IMG/VR virus record: IMGVR_UViG_3300023184_000030 | Coordinates: 96,001 to 160,000 of that record | From: a virus | DNA length: 64,000 bases | Direction: 5' to 3' (one strand) | Shown: piece after piece, positions 37,461 to 47,506 of the stretch | Layout of the letters: each line of letters opens with the position of its first letter | Position numbering within the stretch: the stretch's first letter is position 1 | Notes under the pieces: generated by a model | What the model saw: the letters and a program-made list of their open reading frames with translations, nothing else | Told to the model about the DNA's origin: nothing | The model's database searches: none | Position numbers and translations under genes: made by a program

Positions 37461-38015
37461 CTATTTATCTTCGGAGGCCTCACCATTCTGAAGCGCTAGA
37501 AGATCTTTTATTTTTGTAGCCAATTCAAAATTCTCAGTGTCGATTGCTTTCTTAAGCATCGATTCCAGTCTATTAATATCTGATTCATCCTTTTCCGAAT
37601 CTTTTTTCTCAGTATTACCTATCACATGAATTCTCTGTGGTGAATAGATAACCTCCAAGCTAGAGTCGAATCTTATATTTAATCCAGCTTTTATGTCACC
37701 CCCAATAGGTTCATCATCCTCATCATAGTCATCATCTCTTAATTCTACCCATTCCCCATTAACCCAGAATATCATCCATGGACCATAAAAAAGCTCAGCT
37801 ACATCATTATCAATAGCATAGTTAAGTAATATCTTAAGCTCAGATTTAATGTCATTTTTATTTAGGGTATCAGAAAATACCTTTCTTTTAATACCGGGAA
37901 TTACTGATGTTCCCTCCCCTACTCCTATCTTAAAGCATTTATTAACTTCAATAATAGAGTCCCAATCCAAGCTGGAAATAACCTTGTCGATTAGTTTGTT
38001 ATTCGGTTTCTTCAT
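37461..38015 (-). CDS. Hypothetical protein with C-terminal UVR (UvrB/C) motif
   Basis: LESMLKKAIDTENFELATKIKDLL. Confidence 0.65.
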   Translation of the reverse strand: MKKPNNKLIDKVISSLDWDSIIEVNKCFKIGVGEGTSVIPGIKRKVFSDTLNKNDIKSELKILLNYAIDNDVAELFYGPWMIFWVNGEWVELRDDDYDEDDEPIGGDIKAGLNIRFDSSLEVIYSPQRIHVIGNTEKKDSEKDESDINRLESMLKKAIDTENFELATKIKDLLALQNGEASEDK

Positions 38016-38028
38016 TTCTTATATATTT

Positions 38029-38448
38029 CTATTTTTGAAACCCTGCCTGGTCCGATATGTCAGATACCCAAGAAGCGTATTTAGCTGGATAAAAATTCTT
38101 AATAGTTTCTATGTCTCTTTTGGATACCCTATATTTATCCCTTATGAAAGATTCTATTAATTCCGATGCTTTAACCTCCTCTATCTTAATTCCTTCCGAT
38201 TTCTTAGTCTTTGTATATAACCAAACTGGTGGTTTAGAAAACCTTGCTGAGAGGGTTCCGTGCCACCAATCTACCACAGGAGCAGGTACAACCTTCAGCT
38301 TATTGAACTGATTTGCTTGAACTGGAAATTGTATAGCCATTATTCGGTTGATCATAAAAAAGTTTCTAGACTTGTCTATTTTACCGACCGCTTTCCACTC
38401 ATTAGCTTTGTTATTAAAAATGAGTTTTATTATATCAAATAATTGCAT
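38029..38448 (-). CDS. Clamp loader small subunit (T4 gp62-like)
   Basis: LFDIIK..., FFMINRIMA, ANQFN, W, FIRDKYRVSKRD pattern; same operon as gp44-like gene. Confidence 0.45.
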   Translation of the reverse strand: MQLFDIIKLIFNNKANEWKAVGKIDKSRNFFMINRIMAIQFPVQANQFNKLKVVPAPVVDWWHGTLSARFSKPPVWLYTKTKKSEGIKIEEVKASELIESFIRDKYRVSKRDIETIKNFYPAKYASWVSDISDQAGFQK

Positions 38449-38454
38449 ATTGTA

Positions 38455-39603
38455 TTATTTTAAGAAATTTTCAAAAGGATCAAATCCCTTAGGTTGAACT
38501 GGAGTAACTATCCATTCGGTTCCATCTAGTATTTTTATTCTGTCCAGTGTTACTGATTTCTTTTCTAGCTTGATTCCTCTTGTAGTTTCCATTTTACATA
38601 GGAAAGAAACATTCTCAGGTATTACCGTGTTATCTAACCACATAAGTTTGATATTTCTTAAGAAATTATTCTTTACCTTTATCCTATTTTCTGTGCTATC
38701 AACTCCTTTGCATATCTTTAGAATTAAAGGGGATATCCAATTTAAAAAATCATCGTCAGCGACTAATGATTTTATTGATAAATTTTTCCATTTAGATTCG
38801 ATCAGAAGGTCGTAAATTTTCTCCGCACTCTTTGGGGTAAATCTAGTGATCTTTCCAGCATTTTCGAATTCCCATACGCTAGGTACAGAATCACCCTTGT
38901 CACCTATTAATATCTTATTAAATATGAAGGGAAAGCTGTCTATCTCTTCTATATCAACTTTCTTTAAGAAATCTTTAAGCCTTTCTTTCTCCGGTGAAAT
39001 AGTAGATCCCATATTGAATATGCTAACCTCACTTTTTGTTTCATTTAGCCAATTTTCCTTCCATCCTTTAGGTACTGAAAGAACATTCTTTTTAGAATTA
39101 CTGTTCCAAGTTGCTGTCCAGACATCGGGGCTCTTCATTCTAGCAAGCTGGTGTAAATCTTTATCCCCGCTTATTATGATACAACTTTCTCCTATATCGT
39201 TGAATTTTTCAGACCAATATAAAAGGAGATCGTCTCCTTCTGCTCCCTCAACCTTAGAAAAAATAAATCCCATTTTTTCCATGTGAGTTCCGAATGACTG
39301 CATAAGATCAAAGAAAATAGACCAGTCTACATTTTCGTCCTTTACCCTCCCTGATTTGTATCCGCCATCTTCAATTTCTACGTCCTTTCTCCAACTTCTA
39401 CTATCTGATGCAAAAACTAATCTTCCGCCTACTGGTAGCATTTTAAGACATGAACATAAATCAGTAGCAATCTTTCTGATAAACATAGATTGATCAGATT
39501 TGCTTTTCAGAACTTTTCCTGGATCTACATTAGATCCATATCCTGCAAATACTCCAAATGTTTTATGGAATATGTAGTTACCGTCTATAAGTATATTAAT
39601 CAT
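38455..39603 (-). CDS. 5'-3' exonuclease / T4 RNase H-like (FEN family)
   Basis: ILIDGN, SDSRSWRK, YKSGR, EGDD, SGDKDLHQL, GDKGDSVP. Confidence 0.85.
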   Translation of the reverse strand: MINILIDGNYIFHKTFGVFAGYGSNVDPGKVLKSKSDQSMFIRKIATDLCSCLKMLPVGGRLVFASDSRSWRKDVEIEDGGYKSGRVKDENVDWSIFFDLMQSFGTHMEKMGFIFSKVEGAEGDDLLLYWSEKFNDIGESCIIISGDKDLHQLARMKSPDVWTATWNSNSKKNVLSVPKGWKENWLNETKSEVSIFNMGSTISPEKERLKDFLKKVDIEEIDSFPFIFNKILIGDKGDSVPSVWEFENAGKITRFTPKSAEKIYDLLIESKWKNLSIKSLVADDDFLNWISPLILKICKGVDSTENRIKVKNNFLRNIKLMWLDNTVIPENVSFLCKMETTRGIKLEKKSVTLDRIKILDGTEWIVTPVQPKGFDPFENFLK

Positions 39604-40123
39604 TTCCTCTTCTTATTTTTTCTAATACCTCATCTATCGTGAAGTTTGGGTTTTTTATTATACAGTCAAAATCAAAAAAGTTTTTAAAATCTTCCCTGTC
39701 TGCATTAATTCTTCTCTCTGCTTTATCTGCGTCGTTCCTTCCTGCTAGCCTTTCTCTTAATATATGTTCATCAATATCGATGAACATTATAAGTGAATCT
39801 TTTCTATCTTCAGGTTTAAGTTTTTCTATTCCCGAAGGGGTCATGATAAAAAGATTAGCTCTATAGAATTCGTCAAGGGACGTTCCGTAGAACCAACTAT
39901 TAAATTCTACCCATTCATAGAATTCACCTTCCCGTGTCATTCTCATAGCCTCGTCATAAGTAACGAAGTAATAATCTACCCCGTTAAACTCCCCTTCTCT
40001 AGGAGGTCTAGATGTATGTGAGACTGAATAGGTTAAATCTTTTTCTTTAAGTAACTTAACTAAATGATCCTTTCCTGATCCGCCCTTTCCTGCAATTATT
40101 ATTCTTCTCCAGTTATCTTTCAT
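39596..40123 (-). CDS. gmk: Guanylate kinase
   Basis: GKGGSGKD, SHTSRPPREGEFNGVDYYFV, EWVEFNSWFYGTS. Confidence 0.9.
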   Translation of the reverse strand: MKDNWRRIIIAGKGGSGKDHLVKLLKEKDLTYSVSHTSRPPREGEFNGVDYYFVTYDEAMRMTREGEFYEWVEFNSWFYGTSLDEFYRANLFIMTPSGIEKLKPEDRKDSLIMFIDIDEHILRERLAGRNDADKAERRINADREDFKNFFDFDCIIKNPNFTIDEVLEKIRRGND

Positions 40124-40124
40124 A

Positions 40125-41069
40125 TCAATCTGTTAGTTTCTGTATTTGAAACACGAGTGATAATAAAGAAACCATAGGATCTATAACTTGAGTTCTTTGT
40201 GACTGATGATCTGCAACCAATACGATGACAGCAGGAATTATCTTCTTTAATTCAGGCTTATTGTTAATTATCCAATTTATAAACTCCTCACCAAGTGCGG
40301 ACATTACCTCATCAACCTTTCCCTGATATTCACCTACTATATTCTGATAATTCTTAACAGGATCTTTTGATGTTGTTATGAGAGTATATAAATCCTCATA
40401 TGACCAGCCAAGCTCATTTATCTTTGCAGAATCTACTTTCTTTATACCTTCGATCATCCACGTTTGAACCTTATTAAGAGCTGATCTAAAATCAGGGTAA
40501 TAATTCTTCTGAAACTCCACAAGAGATTCCGAATCTATTTCAATTCCGATTTTTCCAAGGATCAATCCTATTCTCTTATTCCATTCTACTTTTAATTCCT
40601 CTTCCTCGTTACTGTTTACCGGGTTAAAATCAACAACTTCGAAACGGCTTTGAATTGCATCAGGAACCTTATTGATATAGTTACACGTAGCAATGAATCT
40701 AGCATTGCCAGCGAACTTTTCGACCGTTCCCCTTAGTGCTTTATAGAATTGATCGGAAGCTCCGTCAAACTCATCTAAAATAACTATTTTCTTAGACGAT
40801 TTTCCGTCCATCACTGAAATGGTGGAACAGAAGTCATTTATTTTTACTCTAATAGTTTCCACCGAGCTCTCGTCGGAGACGTTTATAAACATACTAGGAT
40901 AGCCGTTAGCTAAGATTTTGGCAAGAGTTGTTTTGCCACATCCTGGAGGTCCGCTTAAAAGTACATTATGACCTAGACCGTTCGTAAAAAGATTTGATAT
41001 CCTATGAGGAAGTATCATATGTTTAAGCTCCTTTGGTCTAAGCTTTTCTGTTAAAAGTTCTTGTATCAT
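40125..41069 (-). CDS. gp44: Clamp loader AAA+ subunit (T4 gp44 / RFC-like)
   Basis: EKLRPK, GPPGCGKTT, ILDEFD, FIATCNY, AIQSRF, YYPDFR. Confidence 0.9.
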   Translation of the reverse strand: MIQELLTEKLRPKELKHMILPHRISNLFTNGLGHNVLLSGPPGCGKTTLAKILANGYPSMFINVSDESSVETIRVKINDFCSTISVMDGKSSKKIVILDEFDGASDQFYKALRGTVEKFAGNARFIATCNYINKVPDAIQSRFEVVDFNPVNSNEEEELKVEWNKRIGLILGKIGIEIDSESLVEFQKNYYPDFRSALNKVQTWMIEGIKKVDSAKINELGWSYEDLYTLITTSKDPVKNYQNIVGEYQGKVDEVMSALGEEFINWIINNKPELKKIIPAVIVLVADHQSQRTQVIDPMVSLLSLVFQIQKLTD

Positions 41070-41074
41070 ATTGT

Positions 41075-41102
41075 TTCTATAGCTAAAAAATGAAGTTGTT
41101 TC
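41075..41102 (-). promoter_or_regulatory. Putative ECF-type promoter GAAAC-N17-ATAGAA
   Basis: Recurrent spaced motif upstream of clamp loader. Confidence 0.45.
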
Positions 41103-42449
41103 TTAAAATTTTGAAGAAAGGTCGTCTGCAGAATCTTTATCATGTCTAATGTCTACAAAACGAGGTAAGAAAAGAGATCTATTCTCGTGCTTATCTGTAA
41201 TAGTGACGTTATATAAAACTGCTGCGATTTTTCCAATGTGTGAATCCGGATCTTTACTTAAAGATTGTAAATCAAGATCAGTGAATCCTGATCCAACTTT
41301 AACATTAAGTGTCTTTGAAGCATCAGTCATAATAAACCCACCGATATAGCCTTCTCTTTTACCTTCACCTGGATACCATCCAGTAATTTCAAGGTCACAT
41401 TCATTAACCTCTTTGAACTTGACCCAAGATTTAGATCTTTTGCATTCATAAGCACCGTTGTCTTTACAGATTACGCCCTCCCCGCCAATATCTACGATTT
41501 TTTTATAAATTGCAGGGACTTCACCAGGATCAGAAAGCTCCCACATCTGAGCCAGCTTAACTGGAGATTCATCAGATAATCCGCTGGTAATTTTTTCTAA
41601 AGTGTGTCTACGATCAATATACTCTAAAACACCAGCTCCTTTATCTAGTGTTACAAGTTCATCAAAATCGAAAACATTGAATAAGAATCCACTCTCTATA
41701 TCAATACTTGCTGTTCCTTTTAGTATTTGTGTCACCTTACCGCTAACCGACTTTCTATTTAAGTCCGTTAATTCACCATCAAAAAACCAATTACCAGATA
41801 AACCTGAGTTTATCATGCAAAGTTTTAGATCGAAAGTTATCTTGGGGAAGCAAGAAGCATTGAGCTCATTAAATGCCCTCGTAAAATATGTTATCTCACC
41901 GTTTTTATATACGGCAATTACACGGACACCGTCATATTTTTCCTCACAATAAATTTTGTCCCATTTATCTATTGTTGAATGATCGTCTGTAGCTAACATT
42001 AATGAAGGGTCTGGTATTAATTCTCTAGAAACCGCCTTGTTAATTAATTTTGCACCAATCCCTATGTTCATTCTCTTGGTTAATATCTTCATAAGAGTCT
42101 TGCGGAGTTCTTCGTCTTCGCTTTCAACTTCTGATAATTTAGAAGATAATAATGTTTCCGCTCTAGATCTTAGCGAATCGTTTGCAGCAGGTGCTTTCTT
42201 TAAATCTTCAACCAAATCATTAAACTCCTCCCATAAATTGGGATTATGCTCTTTAGACTGGGCTGGAAAATTTAACTTATGAAGCTTAGTAGTAACAAAA
42301 GGATTGAAGCATGTATCCAGGATATATTCCATCTGTGGATTTATTGACTCCTTAATTAATACCTGTTTTGCTTTTTGCGAACCATCGCCTGTTAGAGATT
42401 CTACCACCTTTAGAATCTTAATACTGTTTACCATCTCATCAAATTTCAT
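41103..42449 (-). CDS. ATP-dependent DNA ligase (T4 gp30-like)
   Basis: EEKYDGVR (motif I), FDGEL, FNVFD, EGVICK, KRSKSWVKFK, VGSGFTD, LFLPRF..IRHDK. Confidence 0.95.
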   Translation of the reverse strand: MKFDEMVNSIKILKVVESLTGDGSQKAKQVLIKESINPQMEYILDTCFNPFVTTKLHKLNFPAQSKEHNPNLWEEFNDLVEDLKKAPAANDSLRSRAETLLSSKLSEVESEDEELRKTLMKILTKRMNIGIGAKLINKAVSRELIPDPSLMLATDDHSTIDKWDKIYCEEKYDGVRVIAVYKNGEITYFTRAFNELNASCFPKITFDLKLCMINSGLSGNWFFDGELTDLNRKSVSGKVTQILKGTASIDIESGFLFNVFDFDELVTLDKGAGVLEYIDRRHTLEKITSGLSDESPVKLAQMWELSDPGEVPAIYKKIVDIGGEGVICKDNGAYECKRSKSWVKFKEVNECDLEITGWYPGEGKREGYIGGFIMTDASKTLNVKVGSGFTDLDLQSLSKDPDSHIGKIAAVLYNVTITDKHENRSLFLPRFVDIRHDKDSADDLSSKF

Positions 42450-42466
42450 ATATTGTATATTTTTTA

Positions 42467-42488
42467 CAAATATATGAAATGATAACGG
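42467..42488 (-). promoter_or_regulatory. Bacteroidota-type promoter CCG-N11-TATATTTG
   Basis: Upstream of ligase; same architecture at four sites. Confidence 0.65.
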
Positions 42489-42670
42489 TTAAAAAAAATT
42501 ATTCAGCATAATTTTGGGAAAGAAATTATTGTAATGACAGTGGCTATCTAATATCTTCTATTTCACATTTTAACCATACTATATTGAGCCATATAGTATA
42601 TCGAAGATGTTATGTTGATATGAGGGGTAGAGTCGCTTATAACTGACTATAAGCTGTATTAAGAAAATAC

Positions 42671-44284
42671 TTATAAAGTTACTTCTGGTGCTTTCTCTTC
42701 GTCACCTTCAGCTGGAGCAGCTTCACCTTCAGCACCTTCGGCTTTAGGAGCTTCTTTTGCCTCTTTTTTCTTGTAATTTTCGTTAGCTGCTAATTGATCT
42801 GGAGTTAATCCGAGATATCTTTGGATAAGGTAATCATTATCAAAATATGCTTTTTCTTCCTCGCCAGCTTTAACCTTAAGCTCTCCTAGACCTTTGATGA
42901 ATTCACTTCTTTTAGAAAAATTGGTTAATTGAACCATCTCTTCGAATTCGCTCTCCCTATGGAAATCTAATCCAAGATTTGTTTTAAAGCTTCTATCTCT
43001 AGATAGCTCAGGAAAATCTAAACACATCTGAATGTATAAAGGCTTTACCAATATCTCCTGAAATATTGATCTTAATCTTCTTAGAAATTTCTCGAATCTT
43101 ATCTCATCTCTTTCCAATTGATCTATTCCTGTCTGATAATTAACTGGGCCAGAAGCTCTAGATGCAAACCTAGCATAAGGTATCTTCGAATCCATTTTAA
43201 GCTTATTATAGAAATAAAGAACATTATCCATAACGTTGAAATCAGGTCCGCTTGGATTAAGAGACTCGATTTGAGGTGATTGACCATTCTGTTCTGGAAA
43301 TAGGTAGTTTTTATAAAACTGAACCTTAGGTCTTCCATTAACTGTTAATTCTCCTGATGCGTCATTAATTGCGATATCTTCCTTATAGTTTGACATTAGC
43401 TGTCCTAAAGTTTGCATCGCTTTTTGTGGAGATTGGCTTCCTGTTGGTATAATGAACTTAAGCCTATAAGAAGCATTCATAACATTCCAGATTATTCTGG
43501 AGTTTTCCATAATTCTAAGAATGTTATACGATCTAACTAATCTCTCAATATAGCTAACTCTAGATACGCTGTTTCCTTTAGCATATGAGATATAGACAAT
43601 CTGCTCATTGGTGAGCTTTCTGGTCATTTGAGGATTCTTTGGGTATTGGATCCAAAATTGCTGATATTCGTTTTCACCTATTTTTTCAACCGCTGGCTGA
43701 AGTGAAGAAGCATCTAATTCTTTGAATCCTATTATCTCCTTACCCTTATTGTCATAGATAATCTCAAAAGCAAGAAATCCATCTATTAGGAACTGTTTAA
43801 AATATTGCCATCCTAGTATAGAATTCTGAAATCCAAAAACATTATAAATCCTGTTATAATGATCGGCTATCTTATCCTTTACCTTTTCCTTAATATCTAG
43901 ATTAATGAAAGAAGGATTAGCAAAATAATTTCTATCGTCGTATGTGATAGATTCGTCTGTAATAGTATCAAGTATAAATTCAATTTCTCCATTTAGTGAA
44001 AATTTTCTTAAGAAGTTTCTTTTTTCTATATAATCCTTATCAAAATAAGCAATATATTTTCTTACCTTAGTATCCTGATAGGAAGCTGTCCAATAGAAAG
44101 CATCATCCTGAGTAAACCCAGTTCCTTGCTGAGAGAAAGCTCCTTCAGTTTTACCTATAGCCTGAGAGTTTCTAACGACCATATCGTCATACTGCATACC
44201 AAACTTGGAAACCTTCCCGAGGTTCCTTATTATGTTGCCTAGAGCTGACTCGTTAGGTCTTAAAAAATCTAAAAATCCTGCCAT
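42671..44284 (-). CDS. gp20: Portal protein (T4 gp20-like), paralog B
   Basis: EIEFILDTITDE, FLIDG, SYIERLVRSYNILRIMENSRIIW, YLFPEQNG, DEIRFEKFLRRLRSIF. Confidence 0.85.
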   Translation of the reverse strand: MAGFLDFLRPNESALGNIIRNLGKVSKFGMQYDDMVVRNSQAIGKTEGAFSQQGTGFTQDDAFYWTASYQDTKVRKYIAYFDKDYIEKRNFLRKFSLNGEIEFILDTITDESITYDDRNYFANPSFINLDIKEKVKDKIADHYNRIYNVFGFQNSILGWQYFKQFLIDGFLAFEIIYDNKGKEIIGFKELDASSLQPAVEKIGENEYQQFWIQYPKNPQMTRKLTNEQIVYISYAKGNSVSRVSYIERLVRSYNILRIMENSRIIWNVMNASYRLKFIIPTGSQSPQKAMQTLGQLMSNYKEDIAINDASGELTVNGRPKVQFYKNYLFPEQNGQSPQIESLNPSGPDFNVMDNVLYFYNKLKMDSKIPYARFASRASGPVNYQTGIDQLERDEIRFEKFLRRLRSIFQEILVKPLYIQMCLDFPELSRDRSFKTNLGLDFHRESEFEEMVQLTNFSKRSEFIKGLGELKVKAGEEEKAYFDNDYLIQRYLGLTPDQLAANENYKKKEAKEAPKAEGAEGEAAPAEGDEEKAPEVTL

Positions 44285-44293
44285 TTCTTATTT

Positions 44294-45904
44294 TTATAAT
44301 GTTACCTCTGGTGCTTTTTCTTCCCCTTCTTCACCCTTCTCTCCGCCTTCTTTCTTCTCCGCCTTCTTCTTTTCCTTCTCTTTTCTCTCCATGGCTTCCT
44401 TGTTTGCAATGATATCTTGTCTAGACATACCAAGGAATGTTTCAATAAGAAATGCAGTAGAGAAATAGGGTTTTTCTTCGTCTCCAACTAATCCTGCCAT
44501 AGCAGTAACAGATTCTTTTCTTTTGTTTATCACGTCCATTTCTTGATTGATCTTAAATGGATTATCAGAAAAATAATCAAGTCCTAATTGACTTTTAAAC
44601 ATGAAGTCTTTTTCCAAATGAGTATATTTCTTAGCCATCTGAATCCAGAGTGGCTTAGTTAATATCTCTTGAAATACAGATCTTAATCTTTCGATAAATT
44701 TGGCAAATCTTACTTCCTCCTTGTCCAATCCTTCTGCACCGTTAGAATAAGGGGAGGTATTACCGCCATCAGGGGTATGAAATCTAGAAGGCGGAACTTT
44801 TGATTCCTGAACAAACTTATCAAAGAAATATGATAAAGGTGCTGGATCATTCAAGTTAGGTCCTTCAGTATTAACAGGCTCGATAGTAGGTGTACCATTA
44901 ACACCAGAAGGCATCAGATAGTTCTTATAGAACTGTATTTTAGGTTTACCGTCTACTAGTAATTCTCCGCTATCGTCATTTAGCTGAATATCTTCCTTAT
45001 AGATACTCATAAGTTCGCCTAGTGTCTGCATCCCCTTTTGTGGTGATTTAGTACCAATAGGAACTGTCATCTTTAATCTGAACGAAGAATTCATTACTGA
45101 CCATATAATTCTGGTATATTCTATAATCCTCAGAATATTATAAGGTCTAATCAATCTCTCAATATAACTTACTCTAGAGATCGAGTTTCCTTTAGCATAT
45201 GATATGTAAATTATCTGGGGATCGTAAAGTACTCTTCTTCTTTTTGGATCCTGAGGGAATTGTGTCCATGTATTGATAAACGTACCATCTATTTGTTTCT
45301 CAACCGATGGCACAATAGTAACCGGATCTAATTCTTTGAATCCTACGATATACTTACCGTCATTATCATAGATTATCTCAAAGCATAAAAATCCATCAAC
45401 TAAAAACTGTCTGAAATATTGCCAGCCAGTTATATCGTCACTGAATCCCCATATATCATAAAGCTTTTTGTAATTCTCATATAACTCATCTTTAAGCTTC
45501 TCGTTGATGTTTGTTATATCAATAAAGTCTGGATATGCAAAAAAGTTAGCAGGATCATAAGATATAGCTTCATCACATATCGTATCAAGTACCCATTCTA
45601 TTTCTGGATTAAGCGAAAACTTTCTCAAATAATCTCTTTTTCCCTTATAGTCCTTGTCAAAGTAAGAAATGAATTGTCTTGTAGTGATATCCTGCTTTGC
45701 TAACGTCCAAAGCATGCTTTCGTCTTCTACATTAGCCTTATTCTTATTTAAGAACGCAGCTTCTGTTACACCAACTGCTTGTGAATTTCTGATGACCATG
45801 TCATCATACTTCATACCAAAAGTACTCAGCTTTCTCACCGATTCTCTAATCCTCTGTATAACAGGGGATTGGGATGGATCATTATTATCTACAAAACCGG
45901 CCAT
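44294..45904 (-). CDS. gp20: Portal protein (T4 gp20-like), paralog A
   Basis: PEIEWVLDTICDEA, FLVDG, SYIERLIRPYNILRIIE, VPPSRF, EEVRFAKFIERLRSVF; late motif at 45963-45970. Confidence 0.85.
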   Translation of the reverse strand: MAGFVDNNDPSQSPVIQRIRESVRKLSTFGMKYDDMVIRNSQAVGVTEAAFLNKNKANVEDESMLWTLAKQDITTRQFISYFDKDYKGKRDYLRKFSLNPEIEWVLDTICDEAISYDPANFFAYPDFIDITNINEKLKDELYENYKKLYDIWGFSDDITGWQYFRQFLVDGFLCFEIIYDNDGKYIVGFKELDPVTIVPSVEKQIDGTFINTWTQFPQDPKRRRVLYDPQIIYISYAKGNSISRVSYIERLIRPYNILRIIEYTRIIWSVMNSSFRLKMTVPIGTKSPQKGMQTLGELMSIYKEDIQLNDDSGELLVDGKPKIQFYKNYLMPSGVNGTPTIEPVNTEGPNLNDPAPLSYFFDKFVQESKVPPSRFHTPDGGNTSPYSNGAEGLDKEEVRFAKFIERLRSVFQEILTKPLWIQMAKKYTHLEKDFMFKSQLGLDYFSDNPFKINQEMDVINKRKESVTAMAGLVGDEEKPYFSTAFLIETFLGMSRQDIIANKEAMERKEKEKKKAEKKEGGEKGEEGEEKAPEVTL

Positions 45905-45936
45905 TTAGTATATTTTAGTTATTCTAGTTACGAAAC

Positions 45937-46542
45937 TCAAATTAATTTCGATTGATATTCCTTATATATCCCTGCTATATCTAAGCCCTCTACTTGGGAT
46001 TTTCTAAGATATGGTAATTTATACCAATCACCAAGATCTAAAATGCTGATCTCTCTTATGAATGATGTCTTAAATCCAAAAACTGCAGACTCATAACCTG
46101 TACCTAAAAGAATTTTTTTAAGATTCCGATTTGTTAAAGGCAAGGGAGTTATTGCTCCCCCTTTTGTGTAATGATTCTGATTCTTCTCTATGAGACTACC
46201 AAAGCTATCGTATATTTTACCTAATATTTTCAGCCTATATTCGGGAGGGGTTACTATTAGGTCTATACCAGAGAGTATAACACCATTCTCCTTTGTCTGG
46301 TAGGAATCAGTACATAGTACTATTGGGTTTCTGTCTATAAACTTTCTTTTCTCAGTGATCTCACTGTCTGTGGGATAAGGGAAAGAGTATATCTCGCCTG
46401 GTATAAACGGAGGAGAGAACTTTTTTTCTGATTTTCCCCCTTGGAAATACTTTTTTGAAAATATATCATCAGTATTCTTTACAAGATCTGCAATACTGGG
46501 GAATTCTTTTTTATATTCTAATACTAATTCTGAATATGTCAT
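45937..46542 (-). CDS. DNA end protector (T4 gp2-like)
   Basis: FIPGEIYSFPY....FIDRNPIVL...GIDL..TPPEYRLKIL; adjacent to gp4-like gene. Confidence 0.55.
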   Translation of the reverse strand: MTYSELVLEYKKEFPSIADLVKNTDDIFSKKYFQGGKSEKKFSPPFIPGEIYSFPYPTDSEITEKRKFIDRNPIVLCTDSYQTKENGVILSGIDLIVTPPEYRLKILGKIYDSFGSLIEKNQNHYTKGGAITPLPLTNRNLKKILLGTGYESAVFGFKTSFIREISILDLGDWYKLPYLRKSQVEGLDIAGIYKEYQSKLI

Positions 46543-47024
46543 CTACTTTTAAATAGGAATTTTTCATCGACCACGCCGAATCTAAACCCTCTTTTTTCTG
46601 CCCATTCCTTTGCTGCTTTGAATTTTGCCTGATTGGTTATCCATACCTGCATACTATGATTATATGACTTTAACTTAGCAAGTGTCATAGCTCCTTCGTA
46701 GATAGGCTTTTGAGTTTGTCTTTCTGGTTTTATTTCGATAATCCACTCTTGCTCTTCCTCTGATTCTTTAAGTACCTTTATATAGAAATCTACATTATAA
46801 TCATGCTCTTTCTTATCGAGCGGATTAAAATACTTAATTGCTATAGGCTCCGAACTCCATTTTAATATAGAATCATTGGTATCACAATAAACGCAAAATC
46901 GATATTCCCATGAAGATCTGTATATTATATTATGAATGTCGCCAATATACTTTTCCGGCTTAGAGGGTTCAAATTTTCCGGATTTATAATCACCATTAGG
47001 CTTTACCTTCTTTATATCGGTCAT
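46539..47024 (-). CDS. gp4: Head completion nuclease (T4 gp4-like)
   Basis: GKFEPSKPEKYIGD..IIYRSSWE..FC..CD...ILKWSSE..Y.VDF..IEIKP..NQAKFKAA. Confidence 0.9.
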   Translation of the reverse strand: MTDIKKVKPNGDYKSGKFEPSKPEKYIGDIHNIIYRSSWEYRFCVYCDTNDSILKWSSEPIAIKYFNPLDKKEHDYNVDFYIKVLKESEEEQEWIIEIKPERQTQKPIYEGAMTLAKLKSYNHSMQVWITNQAKFKAAKEWAEKRGFRFGVVDEKFLFKSR

Positions 47025-47035
47025 GGAGATTCTAA

Positions 47036-47395
47036 TTAAACGTTATAAGAGTTATCGTCACCAGTTATATAACTAAATGGTATCATCTTAGGACTTTTTG
47101 GTGGATGTAGTTTCTTCCACCCCTTTGCAAATCCGTTCTTAGCTATTTGTGTAAAATAAGCAAATGGATTATTAGACTTTTCTGGGTTGAATCTGTCCCA
47201 ATATTTACAAAGATCTTCCATAGCAAATGCCATGCAGTCTTCTTTGTCTTCGGGATCTTTATAAGCCATTTTTTTAGATATACCCTGTATCATCAGGTTA
47301 AACATCCTTATGGTCTCAGGGGTTAGCTTACCCAATTTTTTCGATTCTATAACAGCGACAATAAGTTCACTATTTCTAACATATTCTTTTGCCAT
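47036..47395 (-). CDS. gp55: Late-transcription sigma factor (T4 gp55-like)
   Basis: YVRNSEL, FNPEKSNNPFAYFTQIAKNGF. Confidence 0.85.
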   Translation of the reverse strand: MAKEYVRNSELIVAVIESKKLGKLTPETIRMFNLMIQGISKKMAYKDPEDKEDCMAFAMEDLCKYWDRFNPEKSNNPFAYFTQIAKNGFAKGWKKLHPPKSPKMIPFSYITGDDNSYNV

Positions 47396-47429
47396 TAGTT
47401 CTTTTATTTTTTAAGGTTGGTGTTACTCT

Positions 47430-47457
47430 TTCTAGTAGAAAAAGTGTAAATTATTTC
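47430..47457 (-). promoter_or_regulatory. Putative ECF-type promoter GAAAT-N17-CTAGAA upstream of late sigma
   Basis: Recurrent spaced motif. Confidence 0.45.
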
Positions 47458-47494
47458 AAAAAAAAGAGAACGTAGGCTATTGTCTACGTTCTCT
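47458..47494 (-). terminator. Terminator downstream of the 839-aa gene and its -1 frame extension
   Basis: Stem AGAGAACGTAG/CTACGTTCTCT plus T8 on minus strand. Confidence 0.8.
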
Positions 47495-47506
47495 CTTGAT
47501 TTAATG

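Noticed and set aside
42671-45904. Portal duplication as an assembly artefact or intron-split gene
   Set aside because: The copies differ throughout at nucleotide and protein level, and each is a complete colinear portal
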